In this document: one piece after another, positions 38,441 through 48,174 of the stretch
Layout of the letters: each line of letters starts with the position of its first letter
Numbering within the stretch: the stretch's first letter is position 1
Source of the DNA: a virus
Lineage: Duplodnaviria > Caudoviricetes
Strand: one strand, 5' to 3'
DNA length: 64,000 bases
Virus record (IMG/VR): IMGVR_UViG_3300013121_000041
Coordinates: 46,966 to 110,965 of that record
Position numbers and translations under genes: made by a program
Notes under the pieces: model-generated
What the model saw: only the letters and a program-made list of their open reading frames with translations
Databases searched by the model: none
What the model was told of the DNA's origin: nothing

Positions 38441-39523
38441 AAAATATATCTAACGCGGACCTTTTGGATTTGCGTAAAAAGGCGATGATGGAATATACGA
38501 AATATGACATCATGCAAAGAACCAAAAAGGTGTTACTTTAACGGCTTCTATGGGGCGACCGGTACGCCGTCGTTTCGTTTCTTCAATCTCATTCAGGCGG
38601 AGGCGATCACCCTGTCTGGACAGTTCACCGTGATGACGGCTGAACGCACGTTGAATGATTTGATGAACGCCCTGTTGAAAACGAGAGGCGTCGAGTACGT
38701 CGTCTATGCCGATACGGATTCTTGTTTTCTCTCTGTCGAAACCCTCGTCGAGAGAGTGTGTCCCGGATGGGAGAATGGTGACGTCGTCGATTTTCTCGAT
38801 ACGTTCGCGCGGGAGAAAATTCAGCCGACGTTGGAGGCGGCGTTCGAAAAGATGCGCGCCGACATGAACGCATACGATCAGCGGATTTCGATGAAACGGG
38901 AGAAGATCATCGACAAGGCGATCTTCACGGCCAAGAAAAGGTACATCCTCTCCGTCCTCGATGAGGAGGGTATCCGATTTTCAGAACCGGAGATTAAGGT
39001 CACTGGCCTTGAATCCGTGAGATCGACGACGCCGGAAGTGTGTCGAGATTATCTGAAAAGATCGTTCAAGGAAATTCTAACTGGAGACGTGGACCGGGCG
39101 CGGTCGTTCATCGATGCCGTGAGGGCCGAGTGGGCGGACATCCCAGTTGAAGACATTGCCCTGACCACGTCCGTAGATGGTCTCGACGTTTATTTCGACG
39201 GGCAGACGTTGTACCGAGATCGGACACCGATGCACGTCCGCGCTGCGATCCTTTATAATCACAAGATCGCCGAGGATGGACTCCAAAATAAATACGAGGT
39301 CATTAAAAATTCCGACAAGATCAAATACACGTATTTGACGATGCCGAACCCGACGGGAGAGAACGTGATGGCGTTCGTCGGCATTTTGCCACCGGAGTTC
39401 GGGTTGCACGATTACGTGGATAGGAATAAGATGTTCGAGCGGTCATTCTTGTCGCCCCTCGATAAGATTTTTGAATCCATCGGTTGGTCGATCGAAGAAA
39501 GATCGGCATTAGAGTTTTCGTGA
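38431..39523 (+). CDS. DNA polymerase gp43, C-terminal subunit; needs a +1 frameshift at 38536..38542
   Basis: GTG 38431 gives MEIKN...QRTKKVLL*; +1 frame continues NGFYGA, AEAITLSGQ, YADTDS, KKRY, GLESVRSTTP. Confidence 0.85.
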
Positions 39524-39670
39524 AAGGAGACGATGATGAGCGTTGAGGAACCTGTGCGCCTCGCCCCCGGAATGAACGCCGACCCCGGACATTGTGGCTC
39601 GTGTAAGATACGTGCAGGATCGCACGACGGCGGACGGGTCTCCCGTTGGTCGGAAATTGTAGGGTGACGC

Positions 39671-39943
39671 ATGACCGACACGTCGAAGATCATCGAAGAA
39701 TACTTAAATCACGGCCATGACTTTGGATTTACCGGCGTTTCCGAGGTCCCGTATCAGGAGGAAATCCGCAGTCGCGAGTTGACACTCGACGAGTTGAAAT
39801 CCAGATTGATGAAGGTCGAACAACTGATCATGCCCCTCATCGGGAACCTGATCAAAACGTCGGAGTCCGAGTACATCAAGTGGCCGGGGAGAGAGAAACC
39901 CCTGCGCGATCTGGCTGATAAAATTCTGAAATTGACGCGGTGA
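39671..39943 (+). CDS. Conserved T4-like hypothetical protein
   Basis: DFGFT, IMPL..NL, YIKWPGR. Confidence 0.65.
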   Translation: MTDTSKIIEEYLNHGHDFGFTGVSEVPYQEEIRSRELTLDELKSRLMKVEQLIMPLIGNLIKTSESEYIKWPGREKPLRDLADKILKLTR

Positions 39944-40282
39944 TCCATGAACAGGGGCACTAAGGAAGTCGTCGTCGATGCGGTCGTTGCCGTTGGTGGG
40001 ATCGTGGAAGATGCGATGGCCGTGATTGATCGTGGTGATGGTTCGTGGTGTCGTGGGCTTAATTTTCACACATTGTTCACGGCCAGCGATTTCGATGCGT
40101 AACCCAATCCCATACCCACTGAGGGCGGCGAAGATCACTCTCTCGATCCTGCCGTTCGGAATCTGGCTGAGACCTGCGTTCGTCTGGCGACGCGATTTGA
40201 CGGAGATGGCTAAGACTAACGGCGAAACCATCTGGTGGGCACGCTGGCTGTGGTTTCAGATCAGCTATTCGAGGTGGGTCTG

Positions 40283-41194
40283 ATGTTCGTGGGAATCGTC
40301 ACGGTCATCGTGGCGCTCGCCCTTTCCGCCGTATCGGCATATTACGGCGTCTATGGTCTCGTTTCGATCTTTGCCGGGGCGGCCATTCCAGTTGCGATCA
40401 TGGGGGGCGTGCTTGAGGCGGCGAAACTGGTCGCAGCCTCGTGGCTCTACCGTAATTGGAGCGTGGCACCGACATTCCTGAAAATATATCTGACGTTCGC
40501 CCTCGTCGTCCTGATGGTCATGTCGTCGGTCGGCATTTTCGGTTTCCTGTCGAAATCCCACATCGAATCGTCGGCGAACGCCGTCGTCATCTCCGGGGAG
40601 ATGCGCGCTCTCGATACTCAGATTGACGTGAAGAAGCGGGAGATCGCCGGGATCGATGCTAACGTCAAGAACGCCGACGACCTGTTGAAGGCCCTCTACG
40701 CACAGAACCGGGCTGTGCGGGGGGCCACAGAGTTGCAGCGGCAGGAGAAGAATCGCGAACGGTGGATGGCCGACGCCAAGCGGGTCGCGGACGATGTGCA
40801 GGCCCTCGAATTGAAGAAGAACGCCCTCCGTTCTACGTTGAACGAAGAGAAGATGAAGGTCGGCCCGATCCGTTACGTTGCGGAATTAATCTACGGTGAA
40901 TCAACGGAAGAAATTTTAGAGAAGTCGATCCGATATTTGATCGTCCTCATCGTAGTTGTCTTCGACCCGCTGGCTGTGATATTACTCGTCGCCGCCAACA
41001 TTTCATTCGTCGGACGGCGTTCCGATGAAATTGAAATAAACGAAAGTGACGTGGCGACCATCGCCATAGCCGAAACCGACGACGATGGGCGGCGCTGGCG
41101 TTCTCGAAAGATGCGTGCTAAACTCGTTAAAGATGAGGAGAAGACAGATGGCAAAAAAGTCAAAAAAAGTGGTAAAGGACGATCCGTTCCTTGA
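40283..41194 (+). CDS. Membrane protein with coiled coil
   Basis: Three N-terminal TM segments, GIFGFLSK.H, VGPIRY, VFDPLAV. Confidence 0.7.
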   Translation: MFVGIVTVIVALALSAVSAYYGVYGLVSIFAGAAIPVAIMGGVLEAAKLVAASWLYRNWSVAPTFLKIYLTFALVVLMVMSSVGIFGFLSKSHIESSANAVVISGEMRALDTQIDVKKREIAGIDANVKNADDLLKALYAQNRAVRGATELQRQEKNRERWMADAKRVADDVQALELKKNALRSTLNEEKMKVGPIRYVAELIYGESTEEILEKSIRYLIVLIVVVFDPLAVILLVAANISFVGRRSDEIEINESDVATIAIAETDDDGRRWRSRKMRAKLVKDEEKTDGKKVKKSGKGRSVP

Positions 41195-42206
41195 CATCAT
41201 TAAGGGCGTTGATCCGAATTACGAAGAAGTCGAAATCATCACGACAGGTTTCCTAGACACAGGTTCCTACGCACTGAACGCCCTCCTATCCGGGTCGATT
41301 TACGGAGGTCTTCCAAATAATCGGACGTCGATGTTCGCGGGTGATCCGTCGACAGGTAAGACGTACCTAACGTTATCCGTCGTCAAACACTGGATGGATG
41401 AAATACCAGAAGCACGCATCCTCTGGTTCGACACGGAATTCGCACTCGACAGAGAGATGCTGGAACGGCGTGGTATCGACGCATCGCGCTTCTACATTCA
41501 ACAGCCAGACACGTTGCAGGAATTTCGAACGAAGGCCCTCAAGATTCTCGAAGATTACGATGGGATGTCCGAACGCCCTCCGTTGATGATGGTCCTCGAT
41601 TCTCTCGGCAATTTGCCGACGGCGAAAGAGGTCGAAGATTCTCTCTCCGGTTCTGAAACGAGGGACATGACGAAAGCGCAGATCATCAAGTCGATTTTCC
41701 GTCTTTTGACGTTGAAGTTGGGGAAACTCGGCGTACCGATGGTGATCTGCAATCACACGTATGATTCGATGTCGGCTTACACGCCGAAGGAAATCAGCGG
41801 AGGTTCTGGGAGCAAGTACGCCAGTAGTACGGTAGTTACACTTTCCCGGTCGAAGGAAAAGGACGGCGACGTCGTCGTCGGCAATATCATCAGGGCCACG
41901 ACGTACAAGAGCCGGTATTCCAAGGAACATCAGCAAGTCGAATTGGAATTGAACTTCGATACTGGCCTCGACAAATATTACGGTCTGTTGGACATGGCCG
42001 AATCTGCGGGCATATTCAAGAAAGTCGGTAACAAATACGAGTTGCCCGACGGTTCGACCGAATTCAAAAAGACGATCAACGGCAATCCACGGAAATTCTA
42101 CACGAAGGAAGTCCTCGATCGTATTGACGCCTTTGCGAAGGAACGTTACGGCCTTGGCACCGGCTTCATTCACACCAACGTCGATGCCGACGGAGAGGAT
42201 GAATGA
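41148..42206 (+). CDS. uvsX: RecA-like recombinase UvsX
   Basis: DTGSY.LN.LLSG, GDPSTGKT, DSLG, DMTKA, NHTY, GGSG. Confidence 0.93.
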   Translation: MAKKSKKVVKDDPFLDIIKGVDPNYEEVEIITTGFLDTGSYALNALLSGSIYGGLPNNRTSMFAGDPSTGKTYLTLSVVKHWMDEIPEARILWFDTEFALDREMLERRGIDASRFYIQQPDTLQEFRTKALKILEDYDGMSERPPLMMVLDSLGNLPTAKEVEDSLSGSETRDMTKAQIIKSIFRLLTLKLGKLGVPMVICNHTYDSMSAYTPKEISGGSGSKYASSTVVTLSRSKEKDGDVVVGNIIRATTYKSRYSKEHQQVELELNFDTGLDKYYGLLDMAESAGIFKKVGNKYELPDGSTEFKKTINGNPRKFYTKEVLDRIDAFAKERYGLGTGFIHTNVDADGEDE

Positions 42207-43582
42207 GGGTCAGTGAAATTCTTCTGAATAATCTGATTCGAAACGAAGATTTCATCCGTCGCGCCAATCCGTACTTCAAGGAAGAATACTTCGAGACCGC
42301 TGCGGAACGGGCGACGTATCGTCACGTCGATCAGTATATCGCGACGTACAACGTCCCCCCGACGTTCGACGCCATTCTCGTTGCGATGTCTCAAGACAAG
42401 GCGATTTCCGAAGTCGCGGAAAAGGAGATCGACGCTCTCGTCGGGCGGCTGAAGACGGCGACCGAAAAACAGGAGCTAAACTGGCTCCTGACGACGGCGG
42501 AACATTTCTGCCGTCAGCGGGCGCTGTATAACGCCATCATGTCCTCGATTCAGATTTATGAGGGGAAGGACAAGACCCACGATTGGGGGGCGATCCCATC
42601 GATCTTGAACGAGGCGCTCGCCGTGTCGTTCGATAATTCCGTCGGCCACGACTGGATGTCCGATGCCCCAGAGAGGTTCACGTATTACAACACGGTCGAG
42701 GACAAATTTGAGTTCGACGTCGATTTCCTCAACAAAATTACATTGGGGGGCGTGGCAAAGAAGACCCTCAATGTCCTCGTGGCAGGACCCCACGCCGGTA
42801 AGACGGCCATGTTATGTCACCTCGCAACGGGATACTTGAAAAAAGGATTGAACGTCCTCTACATCACGAATGAAATCGCAGAGAAGGAGATTGGACGCAG
42901 GATCGACGCCAATTTACTCGACGTGAACATCGAGGATTTGGCCAACGTGCCGAAGTCGTTGTTTTTCTCGGGCATCGATGCGATCAAGCAGAAGACCGGG
43001 GGGACGCTCAAAATCAAAGAATATCCCGCAACGCACTGTCACGTTGGTCACATCGCCGCTTTGTTGGATGAACTTCGCCTGAAACAGGGGTTCGAACCTG
43101 CGATCCTCATCGTCGATTATCTCAACATCATGTCGTCGAACAGGATCAAGTTGGGCCAATCGGTGAATACTTACGTCTACATCAAGTCCATTTCCGAAGA
43201 ACTACGGGGTCTCGCCACGGAACGACAGTTGCCAGTATGGACGGCGACGCAGTTCAATCGCACGGGGGCGAAGTCGTCCGATCCTGATATGGATACCGTG
43301 AGTGAATGTGTCCACGTCGATGAATTGGTCACATTGAGTTCCGGCGAAATGCGGCGCATCGTCGACGTTCAAATCGGCGACGGTATAATGTCGCACGACG
43401 GGATTAGGACGATCCTCAACAAATCAGACGTAAAACGCAAACGCTGCTTTCGTGTTGGGACGAAATCCGGGAGGAGTATCGTCGTTAGCGGTGAACACGT
43501 CATCCCCACCGCGCGCGGTCGGCTGTCGATCGTCGGTGGACTGTGTGTGGGCGATAAAGTAAGGTCGGCCGATGCTGGATGA
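42203..43582 (+). CDS. Replicative helicase gp41, N-part fused to split intein N-fragment (43307..43579)
   Basis: GPHAGKT, VDYLN, EELRGLA, TATQFNR, then C-VHVDE...SGEH. Confidence 0.92.
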   Translation: MRVSEILLNNLIRNEDFIRRANPYFKEEYFETAAERATYRHVDQYIATYNVPPTFDAILVAMSQDKAISEVAEKEIDALVGRLKTATEKQELNWLLTTAEHFCRQRALYNAIMSSIQIYEGKDKTHDWGAIPSILNEALAVSFDNSVGHDWMSDAPERFTYYNTVEDKFEFDVDFLNKITLGGVAKKTLNVLVAGPHAGKTAMLCHLATGYLKKGLNVLYITNEIAEKEIGRRIDANLLDVNIEDLANVPKSLFFSGIDAIKQKTGGTLKIKEYPATHCHVGHIAALLDELRLKQGFEPAILIVDYLNIMSSNRIKLGQSVNTYVYIKSISEELRGLATERQLPVWTATQFNRTGAKSSDPDMDTVSECVHVDELVTLSSGEMRRIVDVQIGDGIMSHDGIRTILNKSDVKRKRCFRVGTKSGRSIVVSGEHVIPTARGRLSIVGGLCVGDKVRSADAG

Positions 43583-44009
43583 GCGCCGATGTTTAGGTAT
43601 TTTGGGCGTTTCTGACCGGGCTTCATTCGAGGACGTCGTTCGAGCGTATCGTAAAATTGTGAAGGCCGTCCATCCAGACCTCAATGGTGGCGTCGGTGAT
43701 GTGGATAGACTGAGGACCGTTGTTGAAGCGTACAATTTTCTCAAAAAGCGCCATTGGAAAATCCATCAACGGAGTTCGCCGCAGAGTGGGATAAACATTT
43801 TCAGAATTTTGGACAGCACGTTCAAAATTCACGTGGCGGTGGAGATCATCGAAGAAGATGACGTGATCTGTCATTGCATGAAAGATGATAAGGAGTTTAG
43901 ATTTAGGATTCCGAAATCAACGACGTTGCCGACGAAAGCGACGATCCGCATTGGTTCTGAAACCATCGTGTTGAACATTTATGATGAGGCGTTGAACTAT
44001 GATCGATGA
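43572..44009 (+). CDS. J-domain (DnaJ-like) protein
   Basis: ILGV...AYRK..KAVHPD...EAY..L. Confidence 0.8.
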   Translation: MLDERRCLGILGVSDRASFEDVVRAYRKIVKAVHPDLNGGVGDVDRLRTVVEAYNFLKKRHWKIHQRSSPQSGINIFRILDSTFKIHVAVEIIEEDDVICHCMKDDKEFRFRIPKSTTLPTKATIRIGSETIVLNIYDEALNYDR

Positions 44010-44412
44010 CTTGAAATACAACGATGAGATCGTGACCATTGAAGAAATTGGTGAAATGGACACCGTGGATATTTCAGTTACCGGAGATCAGCTATTTTAC
44101 TGTTCCGGCGTCCTCGTGAAGAATTCCTTCGGTCTGAATTTTACCGCCGACCTTGAGTTGGCGATGATCACCACGCCGGAAATGCGACAGAACGGCGTCG
44201 TCTTAATCAAACAATTGAAGAACAGGTACGGCGATTACAACAAATACCCAAAATTCTACGTCGGCTTCGACCGCAACAAAATGCGTTTCTACGATCTCGG
44301 CGACGCGGCAACGCAGGGCGTCGGAGAGGAGGCGACCGCCACCCCACGACAACCGACGGAGACGAAGCTGCCGGAACGGAAGCGGCCGATCAAAAAACTG
44401 GATTTCACATGA
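43999..44412 (+). CDS. Split intein C-fragment (43999..44124) fused to gp41 C-part
   Basis: DEIVTIEEIG...DISVTGDQLFYCSGVLVKN|SFGLNFTADL, KQLKNRY, MRFYD. Confidence 0.9.
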   Translation: MIDDLKYNDEIVTIEEIGEMDTVDISVTGDQLFYCSGVLVKNSFGLNFTADLELAMITTPEMRQNGVVLIKQLKNRYGDYNKYPKFYVGFDRNKMRFYDLGDAATQGVGEEATATPRQPTETKLPERKRPIKKLDFT

Positions 44413-44732
44413 TGATGACAGAAGAGGAAGTGCGGGCAACGTTAGAGACCGGCATCTGTCGGGTGGAATATACGACGTTAAAATGTCGTCGTGTCTCCAT
44501 GTATTGCACGCTGTCAAAAATAATGATCCCCTCCACCGTCCCCGATCTACCTCGTGAGGAGGGGACTTTCCTCGGTGAATTGCAGAAATACGTCGATGGG
44601 CGGAGGCCGAAGGGTTTCATCGTAGCGTGGGTAGTCCCGGCACCGAAAGCTTCATTCACGACCATCGGCGGCTGGCGCTCGTTTTACGTCGATCGTCTCC
44701 ATTCCATAACCGTCGAGGTTCCCCTTGGATGA
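44409..44732 (+). CDS. SH3-fold/WYL-like hypothetical protein
   Basis: MYCTL, GWRSF. Confidence 0.5.
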   Translation: MMMTEEEVRATLETGICRVEYTTLKCRRVSMYCTLSKIMIPSTVPDLPREEGTFLGELQKYVDGRRPKGFIVAWVVPAPKASFTTIGGWRSFYVDRLHSITVEVPLG

Positions 44733-45102
44733 AATGACTTTCGTCGATGGGGTCCGTTCATTTCTCGGTCTTCGTGATGTGAGGGTGATCGTGACCGACA
44801 GGCCGTTCGACGAAGATTACGTTGGTTACATTCTGGAGGGGGCGTGCGACGCGAAGGAGGGCGTCATCTATCTCTACAGACCGTTCACCGAACGAATTTA
44901 CGACGTCATCGTCCATGAACTTCTCCACGTTCGACAGGCGAGGGATTGGGGGATGACGGCCGTGGGTGAGATCGTCATTTATAAGGGTGGTATTTACAAC
45001 GTTTCTGAATTGGATTATGAGGACAGACCGTGGGAGAGAGATGTCATCTCTATGGAGGCCGCCGTCAAAGAGGCCGTCCTTAGACGAATGGGTGAGACGT
45101 GA
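44725..45102 (+). CDS. Small zincin-like protein
   Basis: HELLHVRQ, Y...PWE. Confidence 0.55.
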   Translation: MDEMTFVDGVRSFLGLRDVRVIVTDRPFDEDYVGYILEGACDAKEGVIYLYRPFTERIYDVIVHELLHVRQARDWGMTAVGEIVIYKGGIYNVSELDYEDRPWERDVISMEAAVKEAVLRRMGET

Positions 45103-45339
45103 TAGTTACGGTGTTTTTCGGGGATAATAAATGGAAGGTGATTGGACCCCCCGAATGCCCGCTCGTTCGCGTCGGCAATTACGATGAGATGATGGCGTTC
45201 GTCGCTGTCGGTGGGTGGGAGGTCCTTTCACACGACGGGACGCCGATCGACCTGAGAGACCTCCGTTACTGGTCGGTCGATGATCAGGTGGCGTTCGTCG
45301 ATCCCGCCGACGCGGTGAAATACATGATGAGAAAAGGAG

Positions 45340-47055
45340 ATGATGGTGAAGTCCGGAAAATCGATCGAGAGGATTGAAGAAGATCGCGATCTCGCGAGGG
45401 GCGAGATCATCGCCGCATACCTAGAATTCGTGAAAAAAAGCGGGAAACTTCCTAATTTCAGCGATCTCATGGCTGCCGGTATCAGCCGCGCCAAAGTTCG
45501 TCATCATTTTTCAAATCTTGACGGTCTGCACAACGAGATCGTCGATAATTATGCCGCCGATCTGGCAATGTACGTTGCCCACGAGGCGGTCGTTTTTTCG
45601 AACGACAAACTCGACGAGTTACGTGAGGAGATCGGAAAGTACAAGCGGTTCGTCATTACGACGGCGGTCAACGCGAAGGCCGTGTTCAAGCCTTTCTACG
45701 ATTCCATCGTCAGTTATTGTGCGAAGAAGGAGGCGAAACTTTTGATCATCCCGTGCGCCGACATCTGGGATCGGTCGGCGTCGATGGCATGGACGTTCGA
45801 TCCTGCCCTCGGTGGGGAGTCCTTCATTTTCGTCGATACGAAACTCAACGATAACCTATCGATCTCGTCGATTCGGATGTCGGCCAAACAGATCAATCCG
45901 GTGACGGGGATGTCGCGCTTGGGGCAGCGTAACGGGTCTTTCATCTTCGCGTCGCCGAAGCAATTTTTGGAATTTGTGATGGGGTCTCCGGACCCCGATC
46001 GTCTACCGCACGCGATCATGACTACGGGGACGATCACGATCCCAGACTATAACACCGATCGTTATATGTCGGAACGCATTTCCTATATTGCCGAAAACGA
46101 TCATACTATCGGGGCCGTGATCGTTGAAATTGAAAATGATCGGATTTTTCATTTTCGTCAAATGCAGGCAGACGCCGACGGTTCGTTCATCGATCTCGGC
46201 GTGCGGTACGCTCAAGACGGATCGACGAAAAAGGTTACGACCGACATCGTATTGGGTGACTACCACGCTGGTGTGACCGACGAGGTCGTCAAGAAGTGCA
46301 CCGCCGAAATGTGCACCGAACTAGAAGTGGAAGACATGTTTCTTCACGACTTTTTTGACGGGAAGTCAATATCACACCACGATTTGGCCCAGCCGTTGAA
46401 ACTGGCGATGAAGGCGGATCGCGACAATCAGCAAAACGATCTTTTGAAAGAGATCAAGATCGGCGGCGCTGAGATCAATTGGCTGCACGGACTGATCCGT
46501 GGTGGCATCGTCATGGTTCGCGGCAACCACGACGAATTCCTCGAACGGTATCTGTATCGGGGGACGTACATCAACGATCCGACGAACCATCGGCTGTCCC
46601 TCGAATTGGCCGCGAAGTTGCACGATGGGGTCAATCCCCTCGAATACGCATATCTGACTTACGGTGACATCAAAGACGTGGATCGGGTGATCTGGCTCGA
46701 TCGTGATCAGGAATACAAGGTCGGTGGCGTCGAATTGGGACAGCACGGCGATCTTGGGTTTAATGGCTCCCGTGGGTCGCTCCTGTCGGTTGAAAAGGCA
46801 TACGCAAATTGCGTCGTCGGTCACACACATTCTGGGGCGATCCTACGCGGCGTTTTTCGTGTCGGTACGTCTTCGAAACTGCGCCTCGATTATAATCGCG
46901 GTCCGTCGTCGTGGACGCAGACGCACTGTCTCGTTTATCGTAACGGCAGTCGACAATTGGTGAACGTCATCGACGGCAAGTGGAGGCTTCCCACTGTAGC
47001 GACGACGGGTAAGGTAAAGACGAAGAGGCGACGGGCCGATGCTGTATCGACATAG
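45340..47055 (+). CDS. Calcineurin-like metallophosphoesterase with N-terminal HTH
   Basis: GDYH, GNHD, HGD, GHTH. Confidence 0.75.
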   Translation: MMVKSGKSIERIEEDRDLARGEIIAAYLEFVKKSGKLPNFSDLMAAGISRAKVRHHFSNLDGLHNEIVDNYAADLAMYVAHEAVVFSNDKLDELREEIGKYKRFVITTAVNAKAVFKPFYDSIVSYCAKKEAKLLIIPCADIWDRSASMAWTFDPALGGESFIFVDTKLNDNLSISSIRMSAKQINPVTGMSRLGQRNGSFIFASPKQFLEFVMGSPDPDRLPHAIMTTGTITIPDYNTDRYMSERISYIAENDHTIGAVIVEIENDRIFHFRQMQADADGSFIDLGVRYAQDGSTKKVTTDIVLGDYHAGVTDEVVKKCTAEMCTELEVEDMFLHDFFDGKSISHHDLAQPLKLAMKADRDNQQNDLLKEIKIGGAEINWLHGLIRGGIVMVRGNHDEFLERYLYRGTYINDPTNHRLSLELAAKLHDGVNPLEYAYLTYGDIKDVDRVIWLDRDQEYKVGGVELGQHGDLGFNGSRGSLLSVEKAYANCVVGHTHSGAILRGVFRVGTSSKLRLDYNRGPSSWTQTHCLVYRNGSRQLVNVIDGKWRLPTVATTGKVKTKRRRADAVST

Positions 47056-47080
47056 AATGGATAGAAGGGAGAACCCCTCG

Positions 47081-47638
47081 ATGCGTGCGAAGATACCGGT
47101 GGTCGTCGTCTTATTCTTCGTCGGTCTCATCATTGGGTTGTCGTGGTCGACGAAATCACATCCGACGGGCGTAGTGCCAACAAATATAGAATGGGAAGTC
47201 GGGTTCTCGCCACGTCGAGGGTCGCAGGATGCGGTCATTCGTGTCATTAATTCGGCCACCAAAGAGTTGAGGATGGCGACGTACTCGTTCACGAACAAAG
47301 AGATCGTCGCGGCGCTCATCGCTGCGAAGGCCCGTGGCGTTGACGTGAAAATCGTCTCCGACGAGAAATCTAATGGCGGCGATGGGAGTGCCGTGCGGTC
47401 GACGGCCGCCAAAGGAATACCGACGAGGTTGAACGGCAATTACGCGATCCACCACCACAAATTCATCGTGGCTGACGGGACGACGGTTCAGACCGGGTCT
47501 TTCAATTACTCGCGTGCGGCGTGGGTCTCGAACGCCGAAAACGTCATCGTCCTCAGGGGTGTACCGGACATTGCGACGACGTACATCACTGAATGGAATC
47601 GTCTGTGGGAGGAATCTTATGATTACGTTGGACAGTGA
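47081..47638 (+). CDS. Phospholipase D family nuclease (Nuc-like) with N-terminal signal/TM
   Basis: FSP, YSFT, HHKFIVADG..TGSFN, NAEN. Confidence 0.88.
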   Translation: MRAKIPVVVVLFFVGLIIGLSWSTKSHPTGVVPTNIEWEVGFSPRRGSQDAVIRVINSATKELRMATYSFTNKEIVAALIAAKARGVDVKIVSDEKSNGGDGSAVRSTAAKGIPTRLNGNYAIHHHKFIVADGTTVQTGSFNYSRAAWVSNAENVIVLRGVPDIATTYITEWNRLWEESYDYVGQ

Positions 47639-47758
47639 ACCTAAATTTCTCGTCGGTGACACCGTTGAAAAGGTCTCCGGCTACGTGGAGGACGACTTGG
47701 GGTTCGTCCACGTTTTCAACGGCAACCAGTTGCGCCAGAGAAACCCTTACGTCGAGAC

Positions 47759-47787
47759 TTGACGGCCGACCCCATTTTCGATAGGAT
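47759..47787 (+). promoter_or_regulatory. sigma70-type promoter
   Basis: TTGACG-N17-TAGGAT. Confidence 0.6.
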
Positions 47788-47820
47788 CATTTTCCCATTA
47801 ACAACCAGACGGATCGTCCG

Positions 47821-48174
47821 ATGACGAACAAGAAACACAGACTAGTCCTACAGGCAATTTCCCACTGGGAGAAAAACGCCAATATTTCACATATTAGAGA
47901 GGCGGATATTTCCCCAAAATCGTGCCCGTTGTGCGTAAAGTACATGGAGACCAGATGTGGGGGCTGTCCCGTGGCGGAGAAGACCGGTGAGGCCCTTTGC
48001 GTGGGCACCCCCTACTATGCCGCCCACGATATTGTCGAGCGCTACAGGACCGCTACGACGGTTTCTGGGGCCGATCTAGGGAGGTTCTTGACCGAATTCC
48101 AAGAGATTGCGATCCGTGAAATCGCCTTCCTTCAAACGGTCCTAACTGGGGAGGACGCCAGTGCGCCAAGGTAA
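47821..48174 (+). CDS. Cys-rich hypothetical protein
   Basis: CPLC...CGGCPV...C..TPY. Confidence 0.55.
   Translation: MTNKKHRLVLQAISHWEKNANISHIREADISPKSCPLCVKYMETRCGGCPVAEKTGEALCVGTPYYAAHDIVERYRTATTVSGADLGRFLTEFQEIAIREIAFLQTVLTGEDASAPR

Noticed and set aside
38504-38539. ATG 38504 as the start of gp43B (ORF track)
   Set aside because: It would omit the Q and K residues of motif B, which are in the 38431 frame
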